DNA of 64,000 nt from the IMG/VR virus record IMGVR_UViG_3300037418_003161, positions 172,420 to 236,419 of that record; one strand, written 5' to 3'. The notes under the pieces were generated by a model. That model was not told the DNA's origin. It did no database searches and was given only the letters and a program-made list of their open reading frames with translations. This document shows positions 37,340-46,534 of the stretch, in pieces. Origin of the DNA: a virus (taxonomy: Duplodnaviria; Heunggongvirae; Uroviricota; Caudoviricetes). Every line of letters begins with the position of its first letter. The stretch's first letter is position 1. A program made the translations under genes and the position numbers.

Positions 37340-37864
37340 ATGTCAATATCTGTTATCAAAGGGGATTTAATTGCGCTTGCCCAAGCCGGAGAGTTTGAGG
37401 TTATTGGGCATGGGTGTAACTGTTTTTGTACTATGAAACGTGGCATTGCTCCGCTGATGGACAAAGCTTTTGGATGCAACAACCCACAAATCTTCTTTAA
37501 TGAAAATAAGTATTATTCGGGGGATATTCGAAAATTGGGTCAAATCGAAGCCAAAGGCAGACCCCGGATTATAGGCAACCCCGACAACCTTGTGACCGTA
37601 GTGAACATGTACACCCAATACCACTGGAATGACCCCTCACCTAAATATGGTGTTCCCTTGGATGAAGATGCCATGCGCCTTTGTTTGCGCAAGATGGGTC
37701 GCCTCTATAAAGATAAAACCATTGCCCTGCCCGGACTTATTGGTTGCGGTCTTGCCGGAGGCAATCCCAAGCACATTGTGGAGATGATTGAAGAAGAACT
37801 CGAAAATTGCGATGTAAAAATTGTTTTTATCGATGAATCCAAAATTCCAGATTTTTTAAAATAA
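37340..37864 (+). CDS. Macro domain protein (ADP-ribose binding or hydrolase)
   Basis: 174 aa. GDLIAL...VIGHGCNCFCTMKRGIAPLM and ALPGLIGCGLAGGNPKHI resemble the macro-domain Gly-rich loops. Confidence 0.7.
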   Translation: MSISVIKGDLIALAQAGEFEVIGHGCNCFCTMKRGIAPLMDKAFGCNNPQIFFNENKYYSGDIRKLGQIEAKGRPRIIGNPDNLVTVVNMYTQYHWNDPSPKYGVPLDEDAMRLCLRKMGRLYKDKTIALPGLIGCGLAGGNPKHIVEMIEEELENCDVKIVFIDESKIPDFLK

Positions 37865-38010
37865 CCTATGGAACCTCAATCGCTAATAACTGGTGTACAA
37901 CAGCTTATTAGGAGACCTCTGTCAATAGCGGCATGTCGTTAATGCATAGGTAAAATCCCCATCAAAAGGTGGGGATTTGACTTTGTAAATTATTTTTTCT
38001 ATGTTTTTCT

Positions 38011-38205
38011 ATGGAAAGAAATTTATACAACCACATATTTTGGTACAACGAGTACACGGAATTGTGGTACGCCATTCCAAGAGACCATCAAATGGATTTT
38101 TTTGGTCTAAACAATCAGGCCGTTGCTATTTCAGGGAAAGACATCACAGTTCTTGTCGAACTAATTCGTAAACCACACCTTTTAGAAAAACTACAAAATC
38201 AATAA
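38011..38205 (+). CDS. Hypothetical protein
   Basis: 64 aa ORF, preceded by a TTGACTTTGTAAA promoter-like element. Confidence 0.3.
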   Translation: MERNLYNHIFWYNEYTELWYAIPRDHQMDFFGLNNQAVAISGKDITVLVELIRKPHLLEKLQNQ

Positions 38206-38207
38206 TT

Positions 38208-39164
38208 ATGTCAATTACATCCATCGTTGTTCTGGCAATAAGCGGAATAGTGGGCCTTGCGCTTATCGTTAGCTTATTTCAATCATTCTTCACTGTAAAA
38301 CAGGGAACTGTAGCTGTTGTTACACGGCTTGGCAAGTTTCATAAAATTTGTACTACCGGGCTGAATTTCAAAGTCCCTTATATTGATAGCCTCCTTGGGG
38401 TTATTTCCTTACAAAACAGGTCGGCCTCGGTTGCGTTTCAGTCCATAACTTCTGACCAAGCCAACGTGTATTTCAACGCTATGTTGTTGTATTCAGCCAC
38501 AAATAGTGACGAGGATACCATTAAAAACATCGCCTTCAAATTCCGCACTGAACAGGAGTTCGCCTCTACTCTGCAAAGAACCATTGAAGGAGCGGTACGG
38601 GCATACGTGGCAACCAAAAAACAAGCGGAGGTGCTTACCCTCAGACGAGAAATTGTTGACCATGTAAAGGCCGAATTGGATGGTACACTACACAGTTGGG
38701 GCTATCATCTGTCGGATTTACAAATCAATGATATCACATTTGACAAGGCTATCATGGATTCGATGAGCAAAGTAGTAGCCTCCAATAATCTAAAAGCCGC
38801 CGCAGAAAATGAAGGTCAGGCGTTGTATATTCAAAAGACCAAGGCTGCGGAAGCGGAAGGGCAAGCCATTAAAATTCAAGCCGAAGCCGAGGCTACTGCC
38901 GCCCAACTACGGGGACAAGGGGTTGCCAAGTTCCGGGAAGAAGTGGCGAAGGGCCTAACCCAATCGGCTGAAATGTTGCATTCCGCTAATATGGATACCA
39001 ACGTTATCATGTTCAGCATGTGGACGGAAGCCATCAAAAACTTTGCGGAATACGGTAAGGGGAATGTTATCTTTTTGGATGGTTCAGCCCAAGGGATGGA
39101 CAATACCCTAAAGCAAATCCAAGCCATGATACAATCAAAACAGGCCGACTATGTTAATAACTGA
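38208..39164 (+). CDS. SPFH/band-7 (stomatin/prohibitin/HflKC-like) membrane protein
   Basis: 318 aa. N-terminal TM helix, FTVKQGTVAVVTRLGKF core, and an Ala/Glu-rich coiled-coil tail (AEAEGQAIKIQAEAEATAAQLRGQG) typical of the family. Confidence 0.82.
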   Translation: MSITSIVVLAISGIVGLALIVSLFQSFFTVKQGTVAVVTRLGKFHKICTTGLNFKVPYIDSLLGVISLQNRSASVAFQSITSDQANVYFNAMLLYSATNSDEDTIKNIAFKFRTEQEFASTLQRTIEGAVRAYVATKKQAEVLTLRREIVDHVKAELDGTLHSWGYHLSDLQINDITFDKAIMDSMSKVVASNNLKAAAENEGQALYIQKTKAAEAEGQAIKIQAEAEATAAQLRGQGVAKFREEVAKGLTQSAEMLHSANMDTNVIMFSMWTEAIKNFAEYGKGNVIFLDGSAQGMDNTLKQIQAMIQSKQADYVNN

Positions 39165-39636
39165 TGATTTTGTTTTCTTCTATAAATCATTCTATTCGCA
39201 ATGGAAAATTGCGCCAGTAAGAATTGATGGAAGAACCTACAACTGCTCTGAACAATACATGATGCATAGGAAAGCCACTTTGTTTGAGGATTGGGAAACC
39301 GCAGATAAAATCATGAAAGCAGAACACCCAAGAGACCATCAGTCTCTTGGGCGTACTGTTAAAAATTTTAATCAGGAAGTATGGAACGCCAATGCAAGGG
39401 AAATTGTGTATCAGGCAAACCTAGCCAAGTATATGCAGCACGAAGATATGCGAAAAGAAATGCTGGCAACCGGGAATAGAAAATTTGTTGAAGCTTCCCC
39501 CACTGATATCATATGGGGTGTTGGTCTTGGTGAAAAAGACCCTTTAATCGTTGACCCCAAAAATTGGAGAGGAACAAACTGGTTGGGACAAGCATTGGAT
39601 AGAGTGAAAGCAACTTTGTTACAGACCAAGAATTAA
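39151..39636 (+). CDS. NADAR (YbiA/DUF1768) domain protein
   Basis: 161 aa. FFYKSFYSQW...IDGRTYNCSEQYMMHRKA...KFVEASPTDIIWGVGLG matches the YbiA/NADAR hallmarks (F.Y.S..SNF, SEQ(Y/F), E.SP.D..WG.G). Confidence 0.78.
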   Translation: MLITDDFVFFYKSFYSQWKIAPVRIDGRTYNCSEQYMMHRKATLFEDWETADKIMKAEHPRDHQSLGRTVKNFNQEVWNANAREIVYQANLAKYMQHEDMRKEMLATGNRKFVEASPTDIIWGVGLGEKDPLIVDPKNWRGTNWLGQALDRVKATLLQTKN

Positions 39637-39711
39637 AACAAAGAAAAAACAAAAAAAATTTGGAGTTGTAAATTTTAATAGTAATTTTACACCACTAAAC
39701 ACAAAAAACAC

Positions 39712-40398
39712 ATGTCCGAAAACTTTTTCTCTAAGTACATTTGGAAAAGTACTGATGATGAATCTGAAAGTAAAGAAACTAAACTCCAACCGCCAAGTTT
39801 CTCCAAATCTCCGACAACCCAAGCTACCCCCGCAACCGTTGATTTTGTTCAACCCAAAACAGAGGTAGAACAACAGGCGTCAGCCGATATTCAAAAATAT
39901 AGACAACACATTAAAGACGTGTTGCGGCAAGCCAATCAAGACGGCCCGGATTATTTTGAATTTTCAGAAGCCCTTGAACGCAATCAGGCAATGAAGTTGG
40001 AGCGGCCTTTGACCTTCCAAATGACCTTCAATTCTCTTTTGGCCCTTGGTTTGACCAAGACAAAACTGGTGGATACAGCTAAGTATTACATCACCAAGCT
40101 GAGTGACGAACTGGCCAACTTCAAGGCTGACCGAGAAAGCCGCAAACAAAAAGAAGTAAGCGGAAGGGAAGCGGAAATTCAACAACTTCAACAAGCCAAT
40201 CAGCAAAAAGCAGAAGCCATCAAAAAGCTTACGGAAGAAATGAATGCCAACAACCAACGCATTGCCCAACTGACCAGTGAAAAGGCCACGGCTGAGCAAA
40301 AGATTGCCAATTCCACGGTTGTAATGGAAAGTGAAATCAACAACGAAATTAGTCGTATCAACGACGACATTCAGACTATTCAAACCTACATTCAATAA
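39712..40398 (+). CDS. Coiled-coil protein
   Basis: 228 aa, Gln/Glu/Lys-rich heptad repeats. Confidence 0.45.
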   Translation: MSENFFSKYIWKSTDDESESKETKLQPPSFSKSPTTQATPATVDFVQPKTEVEQQASADIQKYRQHIKDVLRQANQDGPDYFEFSEALERNQAMKLERPLTFQMTFNSLLALGLTKTKLVDTAKYYITKLSDELANFKADRESRKQKEVSGREAEIQQLQQANQQKAEAIKKLTEEMNANNQRIAQLTSEKATAEQKIANSTVVMESEINNEISRINDDIQTIQTYIQ

Positions 40399-40422
40399 TT
40401 TTTCTAACACAAAACAAAGAAA

Positions 40423-41466
40423 ATGTCACAAGTAGATTTAACCTCCTTAGAGGGGAAAGCCCTTGGTCTATGGAATAGGCCGGGGGGTAAATTAAAAGGT
40501 ATCGTCCTATGCCTTTTGGTGCTATTCGCCTTATATAAGGTAGGCCCAATGGCTTTGGATGCCATTGACAACGGAACTGATATCGTTTGGGGACTCACCA
40601 AATTTACATGGGCCTGTGTTGGTTTGGGAGCAACCCTGTTGGTTTTTTACCTATTGTTTTTCAGCCAAACCGTTCGTTCGATTGGGCTTGCACTGTGGGA
40701 TTTATTTATTGATTCCACTCTTGGCCAAATTGTCAAATATAAGCCGGAAGTACTCGCCAGAAGTGAAGTAAAGGCCAATTTTAAAGAAGTTGAAAAACTG
40801 GAAGCCTGTGTTGATGATGTTGCGGCCCAAGAGGAAAATATAAAAACCAAAAAAGCCGAACTGGAAAGCGAGATAAAGAATATTCAGGAAGAAAATGCAG
40901 CCTTTAGGAGACTAACTCCACAAGCTTTGGCCAATCGGCAACAAACCAAGGAAACCGTGGCAAGCAAGCTTGCCATTAATGAAAACAAGTTGGCGAACCT
41001 GAACCGATTTTTGGCTAAGTTGGTAAACATGGATAACATTATTACCGATGCCCGGATGAAATTAAATAAGCTTGCCACCTACGCCCGGACACAGGCAGAA
41101 ATTCACCGGGACAATGTGGAAATGGAAATCACGGAGTATAAATATACCGCAGCCGCCTCAAGTGCCATGCAGCGGTTTGCCAACGTTCTTGCCGGAAAAA
41201 ACGACAAATCCATGGTAGGTCAACTGGCTTTGATGCATATGCGTGATACCGCAGCAAAGAATTCTGCCGAGGTAAAACAAATTGTAAGACGAAGCAAAGA
41301 CCTTATTTCTTCTATTGACTTACAACAGGCCGTATATGATGCCAAAGCCTTTGAATATTTGGCTGAATACGACCAAAAATATCTTGGCACGTCAACGACA
41401 AAAGCCACCCCTGTAACCTTTACAAGTGTTGAGGAACGTCAGGCCAGCAACTACGATAATCTATAA
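40423..41466 (+). CDS. Membrane-anchored coiled-coil protein
   Basis: 347 aa, two N-terminal TM helices then an extended coiled coil. Confidence 0.5.
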   Translation: MSQVDLTSLEGKALGLWNRPGGKLKGIVLCLLVLFALYKVGPMALDAIDNGTDIVWGLTKFTWACVGLGATLLVFYLLFFSQTVRSIGLALWDLFIDSTLGQIVKYKPEVLARSEVKANFKEVEKLEACVDDVAAQEENIKTKKAELESEIKNIQEENAAFRRLTPQALANRQQTKETVASKLAINENKLANLNRFLAKLVNMDNIITDARMKLNKLATYARTQAEIHRDNVEMEITEYKYTAAASSAMQRFANVLAGKNDKSMVGQLALMHMRDTAAKNSAEVKQIVRRSKDLISSIDLQQAVYDAKAFEYLAEYDQKYLGTSTTKATPVTFTSVEERQASNYDNL

Positions 41467-41496
41467 TTTTTCTAACCAAAAAACAAATAAACAATT

Positions 41497-43293
41497 ATGC
41501 CTCTACAAACCCCCGCTAAAAATGCCTTAAAATTCATAGGCTTTATAGCACTGTTAGCAATCGTTGGCTTCGGAGTAGTAAAATACCGCAGCCGCCCAAG
41601 AGATGTAAAAGCCGCCATGGAAATTGGCTCGGTTCAACTCCCTGATGCCCCGGAAGCCTCCTTAAGCGGTGCATCTGCTGTCAAATTAAACTTCCCTTCT
41701 ACGGATGTATCTGTAAATGGGGGAACACGACTTACATGGTTTCAAATGGCGTGGAACAGCCAGTTGGCGACCCACTATGCCAACGGTGGTGTGAAAACTA
41801 CCAAAGGGTCGCTCTATGATAAGTATAAACTTCAGGTGGAAATCAAACGTCAGGATGATTGTAATAAATCCATTGCTGATTTGATTAAATTCGCTCAGGA
41901 TGTCAAAGAACGTGGAACGGATATTCCCGGTGTACTTTGCTCTTATATGGGAGATGGGATGCCAGCGTTCTTTGCTACCCTTCAAAAAGAACTCAGCAAA
42001 CTTGGCCCCGAATACCAAGCCATTGCTTTTGGGTTTACGCCCGGAAAATCTGATGGGGAAGACCAAGTGTTGGCCCCGGTGGAATGGAAGCGTGACCCCA
42101 AGGCTGCATTGGGTAAAACTGTTGCTTGTTACTTAAGGGATGGGGATATGAACATCCTTTTAAAATGGGCCGGAGACAATAACCTCAAGGTCAACCCCAA
42201 TGAAACCACGTATGATAGTTCAGCTATCAACCTTGTTGCCGCCAATGATTTCTTGGATGCTGCCAACAAATATATTACTGGCTACCGGGAAACAAGAAAG
42301 GTTGCAAGAAATGGAAAAACCACTGGTGAAACCATTGAAGTAGGGGTGGACGCTGTGGCAACATGGACTCCCGGCGATGTGAATGTTGCCAAAAAGAAAG
42401 GTGGGTTGATAACCCTTGTTTCTACCAAACAGTATTCCCAACAAATGCCCAACATTACCATCACCATAAAAAAATGGGCCGAGGCACACCGCAAAGACCT
42501 TCAAAATTTGATTTTGGCAACTGCACAGGCAGGAGACCAAGTGCGCTCTTATAATGACGCCAAGGAATTTGCAACCAACGTCTCTGCTAAAATATGGCAA
42601 GAACAGGATGGTGCGTATTGGTTAAAATATTACAACGGGGCGACTGAAAAAGATGCGCAAGGGTTAAATGTAAATTTGGGTGGTTCAAAAGTATTCAACC
42701 TAACCGATATGGCGAATGTCTTTGGCTTGGGTGCAGATGGAATTGACCGCTATAAGGCTGTATATACCACGTTTGGTGACATTCTTTCCAAAATGTATCC
42801 AGATATCATGCCCAAATATCCAAACTATGAATCAGTGGTGGATAAAAGCTACTTAGCGGCTGTCTTGGAAAGCGATGAAGGTAAAGCCTTGTTACAGGGT
42901 AAAGCACTCAATGATACCAAGACCTATTCTACCGATATCGTTGAAGAAACATCCAATAAATCCTACGCTATTCAGTTTGAAACGGGCAGTGCCAAGATTA
43001 AACCTGAATCCTATGCTCTGTTAAATGAAATCTTCAATTCGGCTGTGGTGGCTGAAAGTCTGAGTCTTGGAGTGTATGGTCATACCGACAACACTGGTAC
43101 GGATGAACAAAACCAAGCATTATCAGAAGCAAGGGCCGAGGCCGTTAAAACCTATCTCACCAAAAAGGGTATTGCCGAAAAGCGCATTATTACCAAGGGG
43201 TATGGTAGTTCACAACCTGTAGTGGGGGTTGATGTCAACAGCACATCGGGCCGGGCGCAGAACCGCAGGGTACAAATTGTATTGGGTGAATAA
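41497..43293 (+). CDS. Periplasmic substrate-binding-like protein fused to a C-terminal OmpA/MotB peptidoglycan-binding domain
   Basis: 598 aa. N-terminal signal/TM. C-terminus YGHTDNTGTDEQNQALSEARAEAVKTYLTKKGI...NRRVQIV is a clear OmpA_C motif. The central ~400 aa are assigned as binding-protein-like only from operon context with the permease and ATPase genes. Confidence 0.6.
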   Translation: MPLQTPAKNALKFIGFIALLAIVGFGVVKYRSRPRDVKAAMEIGSVQLPDAPEASLSGASAVKLNFPSTDVSVNGGTRLTWFQMAWNSQLATHYANGGVKTTKGSLYDKYKLQVEIKRQDDCNKSIADLIKFAQDVKERGTDIPGVLCSYMGDGMPAFFATLQKELSKLGPEYQAIAFGFTPGKSDGEDQVLAPVEWKRDPKAALGKTVACYLRDGDMNILLKWAGDNNLKVNPNETTYDSSAINLVAANDFLDAANKYITGYRETRKVARNGKTTGETIEVGVDAVATWTPGDVNVAKKKGGLITLVSTKQYSQQMPNITITIKKWAEAHRKDLQNLILATAQAGDQVRSYNDAKEFATNVSAKIWQEQDGAYWLKYYNGATEKDAQGLNVNLGGSKVFNLTDMANVFGLGADGIDRYKAVYTTFGDILSKMYPDIMPKYPNYESVVDKSYLAAVLESDEGKALLQGKALNDTKTYSTDIVEETSNKSYAIQFETGSAKIKPESYALLNEIFNSAVVAESLSLGVYGHTDNTGTDEQNQALSEARAEAVKTYLTKKGIAEKRIITKGYGSSQPVVGVDVNSTSGRAQNRRVQIVLGE

Positions 43294-43368
43294 GTCGTTT
43301 TTTGTGCTTAGAAAAGAGGGTCATCGGGGGGATAGTAAATATTCCCCCCACTCTCTAACTTAAAAAAC

Positions 43369-43599
43369 ATGAATCATTATTTTACATTCGGACAAGCCCA
43401 CATTAGCACCAAGGGTGTCAGCATGAAAGATTATTGGGTTCGGGTCATCGCCAGTAATGCGGAGGAAGCCAGAGAAAAATTTATAAAAAATTTTACTTCA
43501 ATTTACATGCGTAACGAAAACCAATGGTCTTTTCAATATGCGGAGAAGGCGTTCAACCCCTCTTTTTTCCCCAAAGGCGAATACCGTTTAATTGAGTAA
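43369..43599 (+). CDS. Hypothetical protein
   Basis: 76 aa ORF. Confidence 0.3.
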   Translation: MNHYFTFGQAHISTKGVSMKDYWVRVIASNAEEAREKFIKNFTSIYMRNENQWSFQYAEKAFNPSFFPKGEYRLIE

Positions 43600-44401
43600 A
43601 ATGAAACAACAAGCAATCGCAATCAGCCGGGGTCTCGTTACCCCTTTTGATAAAATCAACAAACAGGTCTTCTTGATGACTTTGTTGATTGAATGGTTTT
43701 TAATCCTAACGGTGTGGCAAATCAACGGGGGTGCTTTGATTCCAAAGCCACTGGCAATCTTGGAGAAACTCTTCAACGTATTTCAGACCGAAGATTTCAT
43801 CCAGAATTTGCTTACCAGTTTAATTTTGACGTTAAAGGCCATTTTCTTTGGTACAATCATATCCTTGGTTTTTGCCTATGGGTATAAAATCGGCGTATTA
43901 AAGCCTTTTGTGCAGTTCATAATTGTTTTAAGATATCTTCCCCTCACTGGAATCATTTTCATATTTACCCTGTTGACCAGTAATGGGGGAAACTTAAAAC
44001 TCATTCTTTTGTTATTTGGAATTGTTCCCTTTTTTGTTACTTCCATGGTATCGTTAATTGATGACATCAACCCGCAATTATACGACCTGTGTAAGACCCT
44101 GCGCATGAATCGGTGGCAAACCCTTAGAAGGGTGGTAATTGTCGGCCAATTCAATTATGTGTTTGAAGTGATGCGGCAGAACTTTGCCATTTGTTGGTTG
44201 ATGATAACCATGGTGGAAGGACTCTCCATGTCGGAAGGGGGAATTGGAACAATGCTGATTAAGCAAAATAAAACCTTGGAACTGGAATATGTTTTTGCCA
44301 TTCAAGTGACCCTGTTTTTGTTGGGTTTGGCCTTTGATGCCGGACTAAAGGCTCTGAGAAATTACCTGTTCAAATTTGTTCCACTTCAAAAAGCCAAATA
44401 A
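43592..44401 (+). CDS. ABC transporter permease (NitT/TauT-type, six TM)
   Basis: 269 aa, six hydrophobic helices; EAA-like cytoplasmic loop LRMNRWQTLRRVVIVGQ; ATGA overlap with the ATPase gene. Confidence 0.78.
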   Translation: MSKMKQQAIAISRGLVTPFDKINKQVFLMTLLIEWFLILTVWQINGGALIPKPLAILEKLFNVFQTEDFIQNLLTSLILTLKAIFFGTIISLVFAYGYKIGVLKPFVQFIIVLRYLPLTGIIFIFTLLTSNGGNLKLILLLFGIVPFFVTSMVSLIDDINPQLYDLCKTLRMNRWQTLRRVVIVGQFNYVFEVMRQNFAICWLMITMVEGLSMSEGGIGTMLIKQNKTLELEYVFAIQVTLFLLGLAFDAGLKALRNYLFKFVPLQKAK

Positions 44402-45210
44402 TGCCTTACGAAATAGCAGAAACACTTTTGAAAGCCGAGAACCTTTCAAAAACCTATGGCAACAAGCTTGTCATCCGGGATGTGTCTTTTGAAATCAAAA
44501 ACGTTACAAGACCGGGCCTGACCCAAGGTCAAATCCTGTCCCTTATCGGGGCATCGGGTGTGGGGAAATCCACTATCTTTCGGATGCTGGCCGGGCTGGA
44601 AACACCCACAAGCGGTCAAATAAAAGTGTGTATGGGACAAGGACAGGAGCTAAAACCTGTTCGTGAGGGAGATATGGGCGTGGTGTTTCAAAACTACATC
44701 ATGTTTGATGACCTGACCATCCGGGAGAACTTCAAGGTGGCATTGAAATATCGGCCCAACGCCAAAAACATTGATGCCAAAGCCTTTATTGATGCGTACT
44801 CAACGGAATTCAATCTGAGCCAACATTTGGATAAATACCCTTGTCAGCTTTCGGGGGGTCAACGCCAACGAGCGGCCATCATTGTTCAACTCTTAAATGG
44901 GTCTCCGTTTCTGCTGTTGGATGAACCCCTCTCCGGCTTGGATGTTCTGATGATTGATAAAATCACATCGCTTCTTGTCAAAATATCATTGGCCGACGAA
45001 TACCAAACCATCATCATTGTTTCCCACGATTTGGAGAACTGCCTTGCCATTTCTGATACGGCTTTCATCATTGGATTGGAAGCAGGGAAAGAAGGTGCAA
45101 TTCTGAAGGGAACAATTGACCTGATGCAAAGAGACTTGGCATGGCATCCTGATATTAAAGACCTTCCTCGTTTTAGGGATACACTAAAGGAAGTGAAGGC
45201 GATGCTATAA
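44401..45210 (+). CDS. ABC transporter ATP-binding protein
   Basis: 269 aa. Walker A GASGVGKST, signature LSGGQRQRAAI, Walker B LLLDEPLSGLD, H-loop IIVSHD. Confidence 0.9.
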   Translation: MPYEIAETLLKAENLSKTYGNKLVIRDVSFEIKNVTRPGLTQGQILSLIGASGVGKSTIFRMLAGLETPTSGQIKVCMGQGQELKPVREGDMGVVFQNYIMFDDLTIRENFKVALKYRPNAKNIDAKAFIDAYSTEFNLSQHLDKYPCQLSGGQRQRAAIIVQLLNGSPFLLLDEPLSGLDVLMIDKITSLLVKISLADEYQTIIIVSHDLENCLAISDTAFIIGLEAGKEGAILKGTIDLMQRDLAWHPDIKDLPRFRDTLKEVKAML

Positions 45211-45237
45211 ATAAATTTTTTAAAATAAAAAAATCAA

Positions 45238-45630
45238 ATGGAAAACGAAAAATTAGAAAATCAATCCACCGTTAGCCCTTACGATGTTGAAAGTCAACTC
45301 AATGAAATGAACGGAAGATTTGTTGAATCTCTTCGTAGAAACAACAAACAAATCCGCAGTGACCGGGCTTTGTCTATTGCTGAAGATGCTCAAATGATTT
45401 ACAAAAGGGAAATTGAAGACATTGCCGCCAATCTGAAAAAAATGAGAAGAGATAGGGAAAACATGTTGGATTTGGCCCCGGAAAATACAATCAGTTTAAA
45501 ATTAGCGTCTGATTTCGATGCCAAAGCCTTTGTCACCAAAGACATTGAATTGGGCCTAAGAATTCGCAACGAAGAGATTAAGCTTGGGGTTGCTACCGAG
45601 CGTTACGAAATCCTATTTGGAAAACTTTAA
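45238..45630 (+). CDS. Hypothetical protein
   Basis: 130 aa ORF. Confidence 0.4.
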   Translation: MENEKLENQSTVSPYDVESQLNEMNGRFVESLRRNNKQIRSDRALSIAEDAQMIYKREIEDIAANLKKMRRDRENMLDLAPENTISLKLASDFDAKAFVTKDIELGLRIRNEEIKLGVATERYEILFGKL

Positions 45631-45641
45631 ATTAATATTCT

Positions 45642-46532
45642 ATGGGTGGAACTTTTTACAACCACGAAAGCAGAACAGTTCGAGCCTCTTCGTTGGGCTA
45701 TGCTACAAAGTCTGCAAGTGAAATATTCACACAGCAAAAAGAGCGCAAGATTCATGAAAGCATGAATCCAAAAGGTGTAAGAATCAGGGAATGTCGGGAT
45801 TCTGAAGCACATCCAAATGCTACACCAATCATGTTTTGGTTGGATGTTACAGGCTCAATGGGACATATTCCCCATCAACTGATAAAAGAAGGGCTTCCAA
45901 AATTAATGGGCAACCTCATTCAAAAAGGTATTCCTGATGCAGCCCTTTGTTTTGGTGCTGTTGGAGACCATGAGGTTGATAACTACCCTCTTCAAATCGG
46001 CCAGTTTGAAAGCGGGGATGAAGAGTTGGATATGTGGTTGACCCGTACCTATCTGGAAGGTGGTGGTGGAGGTAATGAAGGGGAAAGCTATTTGTTGGCG
46101 TACTACTTCGCAGCCTACCACACCGAAATGGATTCCTTAATTAAAAGAGGTAAGAAAGGGTTTCTCTTCACTGTTGGTGATGAGCCTTGTTTGAAAAGCC
46201 TCTCAATGAGTGCCGTTCGGGAAATCATGGGTGATACGGCGGTGGGTCAAACAACCTATTCTGTTGAAGAATTGCTTGCTGCTGCACAACAAAAATTCCA
46301 TGTTTATCATATCAATTTGATTCACGGCCACCGGGATGCCTCCGCAGATTGGATGCAGCGGTTGGGTCAAAACTGTATCAATGTCACCGAATACACCACC
46401 ATTCCTGATATGATAGCCAAAACTATCTTAAAGGAATTGGGTCGGGAAGAGCATGTGAGCCAACCATACACAGAGCAACCTTCTACCGGGACTGATACAA
46501 CTGGTGATTCACCATTAGAAATTTATCTGTAA
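45642..46532 (+). CDS. von Willebrand factor A (vWA) domain protein
   Basis: 296 aa. MIDAS-like FWLDVTGSMG (DxTGS); the GGGGGNEG loop follows. Confidence 0.65.
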   Translation: MGGTFYNHESRTVRASSLGYATKSASEIFTQQKERKIHESMNPKGVRIRECRDSEAHPNATPIMFWLDVTGSMGHIPHQLIKEGLPKLMGNLIQKGIPDAALCFGAVGDHEVDNYPLQIGQFESGDEELDMWLTRTYLEGGGGGNEGESYLLAYYFAAYHTEMDSLIKRGKKGFLFTVGDEPCLKSLSMSAVREIMGDTAVGQTTYSVEELLAAAQQKFHVYHINLIHGHRDASADWMQRLGQNCINVTEYTTIPDMIAKTILKELGREEHVSQPYTEQPSTGTDTTGDSPLEIYL

Positions 46533-46534
46533 GC

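Noticed and set aside
39619-39873. Minus-strand ORF beginning MFYLCF, the same peptide produced by the promoter motif on the plus strand
   Set aside because: The DNA here is ttgttctacctctgtttt, not the TTGTTTTATCTTTGTTTT promoter motif. It is a coincidence at the peptide level, and the ORF lies inside a plus-strand gene.
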